Shown: piece after piece, positions 36,608-39,340 of the stretch
Layout: each line of letters begins with the position of its first letter
Position numbering within the stretch: position 1 is the first letter of the stretch
NCBI GenBank assembly: GCA_963978095.1
Contig: CAXBQP010000031.1
Coordinates: 1-39,340, forward strand
Source of the DNA: an uncultured bacterium
GTDB taxonomy: Bacteria; Gemmatimonadota; Gemmatimonadetes; Gemmatimonadales; Gemmatimonadaceae
Length of the DNA: 39,340 bases
Direction of reading: 5' to 3'
Made by a program: the position numbers and the translations under genes
The notes under the pieces: model-generated
Databases searched by the model: none
What the model saw: only the letters and a program-made list of their open reading frames with translations
Told to the model about the DNA's origin: nothing

Positions 36608-36951
36608 GGCTTGAGCAGTAGTGGTTCGAAGAGCGTCGTCACGAAGAAGAACGAGACCATGCTGAGCAACGCGGGTGCCGACTGAAGTCCCAACACTTTG
36701 ATGAACAGCATGCCATACAACCCCACGGTGAGCAGCCGCAGCAACATCCCGGCTCCCCACCCGGCCATCACGTTCCCCTTGCGCAGGTAGAACGCGAAGC
36801 CGAAACCGATTCCCTGCACCACGGCCGAAATCGCCGCGCTCGTCCAGACCGCCCGTGCCCCCTCGGCGCCCGGATACACCGCCGTGAAGGCGAACCCTCC
36901 CCCCACGGTCACAAGGCCCAGCAGCACCGCGAACATGCCGATCTGTTTCAC
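36604..36951 (-). CDS. Four-TM AtpI-like membrane protein
   Basis: GTG start at 36951 (GTGA overlap), four hydrophobic segments and GMLLRLL. Position immediately before atpB. Confidence 0.7.
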   Translation of the reverse strand: MKQIGMFAVLLGLVTVGGGFAFTAVYPGAEGARAVWTSAAISAVVQGIGFGFAFYLRKGNVMAGWGAGMLLRLLTVGLYGMLFIKVLGLQSAPALLSMVSFFFVTTLFEPLLLKP

Positions 36952-37274
36952 GACCCTTTCCCGTGTGTCCGCGGTTCGTCCGCGCGCTGCCGTTCGTCCC
37001 GGAGCGCACGCAGCATCAGGTACAGCCCACTGGCAAAGCCCACGCACAGACCGCCCAACACCCCCCACGGTCCGCTCCCGAACTTGTGATCCACCCAGTT
37101 GCCCAGCGAGAGGAAGAGGAGGATCGCGATCGCAAACTGCACCCCCAGCCCTCCCAACCGCGCGGCACTCCCGGTGTCGCCGTTCGTCCGCTCCCCCCGC
37201 GCCGCCGCCAGCAACGCATCGCGCCGCCGTGCAATGGCCGCGGCGCGCTCCGGCGGCGTCGACGACTCCGACAT
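36948..37274 (-). CDS. AtpZ/AtpR (ATPase gene 1) family two-TM protein
   Basis: LGVQFAIAILLFLSLGNWVDHKFGSGPWGVLGGLCVGFASGLY fits the GxWxD...PW family pattern. Start is 37274 or 37310. Confidence 0.8.
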   Translation of the reverse strand: MSESSTPPERAAAIARRRDALLAAARGERTNGDTGSAARLGGLGVQFAIAILLFLSLGNWVDHKFGSGPWGVLGGLCVGFASGLYLMLRALRDERQRADEPRTHGKGS

Positions 37275-37322
37275 GCCGCTGGGTCCTGCAGGAGGCTCGG
37301 AAAATCCCATGTTCAGCCTCGA

Positions 37323-37351
37323 AAATTAGGAGCTTGTGAAATATTTCGCAA
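37323..37351 (-). promoter_or_regulatory. Sigma70-type promoter of the atp operon
   Basis: Minus strand TTGCGA (37351-37346), 17-nt spacer, TAATTT (37328-37323). Confidence 0.7.
37334..37351. promoter_or_regulatory. Rex-type operator palindrome
   Basis: TTGTGAA-ATAT-TTCGCAA has one mismatch to the Rex consensus TTGTGAA-N4-TTCACAA and covers the -35 and spacer of the atp promoter. Confidence 0.7.
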
Positions 37352-37547
37352 GCGAACTTTTCACTCTGAAAATCGGGGTCCTCGCGCAAATCGCCCCGCG
37401 GCATTTTCCTCGCCACCGACCCTCGAGGTTATTTCCGCACCGAACACACTCCGAAACCGGATCCCACCACCGTCAACCGGATGTTTCCCGGCTTCCCGGC
37501 TACCGCACAACCTCGCTCCCCACTTCTACTTACGTGTGACCACGGAT

Positions 37548-37576
37548 TTGACGAATCGTCGTGCTGTTGATAACTT
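37548..37576 (+). promoter_or_regulatory. Sigma70-type promoter of the BsuPI lipoprotein gene
   Basis: TTGACG (37548-37553), 17-nt spacer, TAACTT (37571-37576), with a TGn extended -10. Confidence 0.65.
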
Positions 37577-37643
37577 TTCCCCCGGATGATTCCGCTGCAA
37601 CTTTTGTAACATTCCGCGAGCCCTTTCACGCCGCCGCCCACGG

Positions 37644-38102
37644 ATGAACGGAAAAATCACCTTCGCGTTGCTCAGCATCGGCGTCCTCGCATTTGCCTGC
37701 GGACGTCCACGTGCCGTCGAGACAATGTCAAAGGTGCGCTCCACCAAATCACATGGCCCGGCTCTCACGCCTTCGCTTGCGGTCAGCGCGCGCGGCGTGA
37801 ACGATGCCGTGCGCTTCGATTTCATCGTCAGCAACACGGGGAACCAGAAACTCGAAGTGAGTTTCCCCTCGGGGCAGACGCACGACGTGATCGTGCTCGA
37901 CTCGTTGGGCCGCGAGGTGTGGCGCTGGAGCGCGAAGCGGATGTTCACCTCCGCGTTGCAGAACAAGGTGATGCGTGAGCATGACACGCTCACCTTCAAT
38001 GACGAGTGGAGTCACGCGGCCCCTGGCCGCTACACGGCGGTCGCGCGGCTCGCGTCGGCGAACTATCCCATGGAACAGCGCGCCGAGTTCGTGGTGCGCT
38101 GA
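37644..38102 (+). CDS. Lipoprotein with a BsuPI (intracellular proteinase inhibitor-like) domain
   Basis: Lipobox LAFA|C. NTGNQKLEVSFPSGQTHDVIVLDSLGREVWRWSAKRMFTSAL matches the FxSGQxxDxxVxDxxGxEVWRWS pattern. Confidence 0.8.
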   Translation: MNGKITFALLSIGVLAFACGRPRAVETMSKVRSTKSHGPALTPSLAVSARGVNDAVRFDFIVSNTGNQKLEVSFPSGQTHDVIVLDSLGREVWRWSAKRMFTSALQNKVMREHDTLTFNDEWSHAAPGRYTAVARLASANYPMEQRAEFVVR

Positions 38103-38140
38103 CTCGGCGCGGACACGGAGACGGTTCAGCGTTTTGTTGC

Positions 38141-38173
38141 CGGGCGCCGTTCACGAACGGCGCCCGTTTCGTT
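38141..38173 (+). terminator. Intrinsic terminator after the BsuPI gene
   Basis: CGGGCGCCGTTC-AC-GAACGGCGCCCG (12 bp) followed by TTTCGTT. Confidence 0.75.
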
Positions 38174-38253
38174 AGCTTAGGCGTGGTTCTGGTTCCCGCC
38201 CTTGGCGGCCCGTCGGTTGGCGGGATCTTCATCTTGCGCACGGAGCAGCAGCA

Positions 38254-39243
38254 GTGGCCACTCCTCAGTCGGCAGCAGACGAACGCGACTTGGCGCTTCT
38301 CGCCACACTCGCCACGGCGCGCAGGGATCTTGCCGCGCAGATCGGGCGGAGGATCGTGGGACAGCACGAGATTGTCGACTCGCTTGTGGCGGCGATCTTG
38401 GCTGGAGGCCATGTGTTGCTGGTGGGGGTGCCGGGGCTGGCCAAGACGCTGCTGATCCAGACGCTCGCCGAGGCCTTGGACTTGGCGTTCGGCCGCGTGC
38501 AGTTCACGCCGGACCTGATGCCGAGCGACATCACCGGCACGGAGTTGCTCGAGGAGGATCACGGCACCGGGAAGCGAAGCTTCGTCTTCCAGAAGGGACC
38601 GATCTTCGCAAACATCGTGCTGGCCGACGAGATCAACCGCGCCCCACCGAAGACGCAGGCGGCGCTGCTTGAGGCGATGCAGGAGCATCGCGTGACCGCC
38701 GCCGGCAAGACGTACACGCTCGAGGAGCCGTTCTTCGTGTTGGCGACGCAGAACCCAATCGAGAACGACGGCACCTATTCGCTCCCCGAGGCGCAGCTCG
38801 ACCGCTTCATGTACCAGCTCACCCTCGACTATCCGTCGCAGGAGGAGGAGGAGCGGATCGTGAGCAGCACCACGGGGGCGTCTCGGCATGAGATCGTGCC
38901 GGTGTTGCGTGGCGCGCAGATCATCGAGATGCAGCAGTTGGTGCGGCGGTTGCCGGCGCCGCCGAGTGTGATCAGTTATTCCGTGGGGCTGGCGCGGATG
39001 ACGCGTCCGAAGGACCCGACGGCGACGGCGGCGGTGAAGAAGTACGTGAGCTTCGGCGCAGGGCCGCGTGCGTCGCAGTACTTGGTGCTCGGCGCCAAGG
39101 CGCGTGCCGCGATGGACGGGCGCAGCGTGCCGGATCTGGATGACGTGAAGGCCGTGGCGGCGACGGTGCTGGGGCACCGGGTGGTGCTGAACTTCCAGGC
39201 GGAAGCGGAAGGGATCACGGTGAGGGATTTGGTGACGCTGTAG
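38254..39243 (+). CDS. moxR: MoxR family AAA+ ATPase
   Basis: GHVLLVGVPGLAKT, RVQFTPDLMPSDITG, LADEINRAPPKTQAALLEAMQE, ATQNPIE and LPEAQLDRF. Confidence 0.95.
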   Translation: MATPQSAADERDLALLATLATARRDLAAQIGRRIVGQHEIVDSLVAAILAGGHVLLVGVPGLAKTLLIQTLAEALDLAFGRVQFTPDLMPSDITGTELLEEDHGTGKRSFVFQKGPIFANIVLADEINRAPPKTQAALLEAMQEHRVTAAGKTYTLEEPFFVLATQNPIENDGTYSLPEAQLDRFMYQLTLDYPSQEEEERIVSSTTGASRHEIVPVLRGAQIIEMQQLVRRLPAPPSVISYSVGLARMTRPKDPTATAAVKKYVSFGAGPRASQYLVLGAKARAAMDGRSVPDLDDVKAVAATVLGHRVVLNFQAEAEGITVRDLVTL

Positions 39244-39271
39244 CTTGAGCGTCGATCACAGGTGTGAACGC

Positions 39272-39304
39272 GGGGGCGGTGCGCGATGCGCACCGCCCCC
39301 TCTT
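39272..39304 (+). terminator. Hairpin after moxR
   Basis: GGGGGCGGTGCGC-GAT-GCGCACCGCCCCC (13 bp) followed by TCTT. Confidence 0.65.
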
Positions 39305-39340
39305 GCGAGTCGTTCACGGTGCCCGCGTCACTGGAGCGTG

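Larger units (their letters stand above)
37311..37643. other. Candidate replication origin region (oriC)
   Basis: Divergent, relatively AT-rich intergenic region at a switch from C-rich to G-rich on the + strand, with several 1-2-mismatch DnaA-box-like 9-mers. Confidence 0.4.

Noticed and set aside
11186..39300. REP or MITE family formed by the near-perfect hairpins at 11186, 33931, 38141 and 39272
   Set aside because: They share shape but not sequence and each lies just after a gene end, so terminators are the simpler explanation.
1..39340. CRISPR array, prophage, transposase/integrase, defence island, tRNA or rRNA
   Set aside because: No repeat-spacer periodicity, mobile-element proteins, low-GC island or structural RNA gene signature was seen. 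The ABC-class ATPase has no nuclease partner and sits within the cstA operon.

Overview
High-GC bacterial chromosomal DNA, probably Gemmatimonadota. This is inferred from the gene repertoire, the A|Q signal peptides and the barrel-less TonB-plug protein; the window has no marker gene that proves it. It carries 35 genes. In order: a partial secreted M14 carboxypeptidase, a DAACS symporter, an etfB-etfA-FadF/EMO block with an AGMO-like desaturase, an SDR, gcdH, a SprT-like protease plus metallophosphoesterase, an NAD-type IDH, a coupled cstA-ATPase-S9 peptidase-ybdD operon, NamZ and a plug-domain protein. These are followed by an eight-gene coupled operon (ferredoxin, cupin, nucleotidyltransferase, GH109, SSS transporter, nucleotidyltransferase, divergent GHMP kinase, MFS), an atp cluster with F0 and delta only, a BsuPI lipoprotein and MoxR. 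I saw no rRNA, tRNA, CRISPR, transposase or phage genes. The main leads are: (1) a C-rich to G-rich strand switch near 37.3-38.2 kb with degenerate DnaA boxes, a candidate oriC with no dnaA in the window; (2) a probable sugar-salvage pathway whose kinase has an altered sugar-binding motif; (3) a Rex-type operator on the atp promoter; (4) a multi-branched RNA structure between atpB and atpE; (5) a cstA-ybdD pair split by an ATPase and a peptidase. All family calls come from reading motifs by eye, not from database searches.
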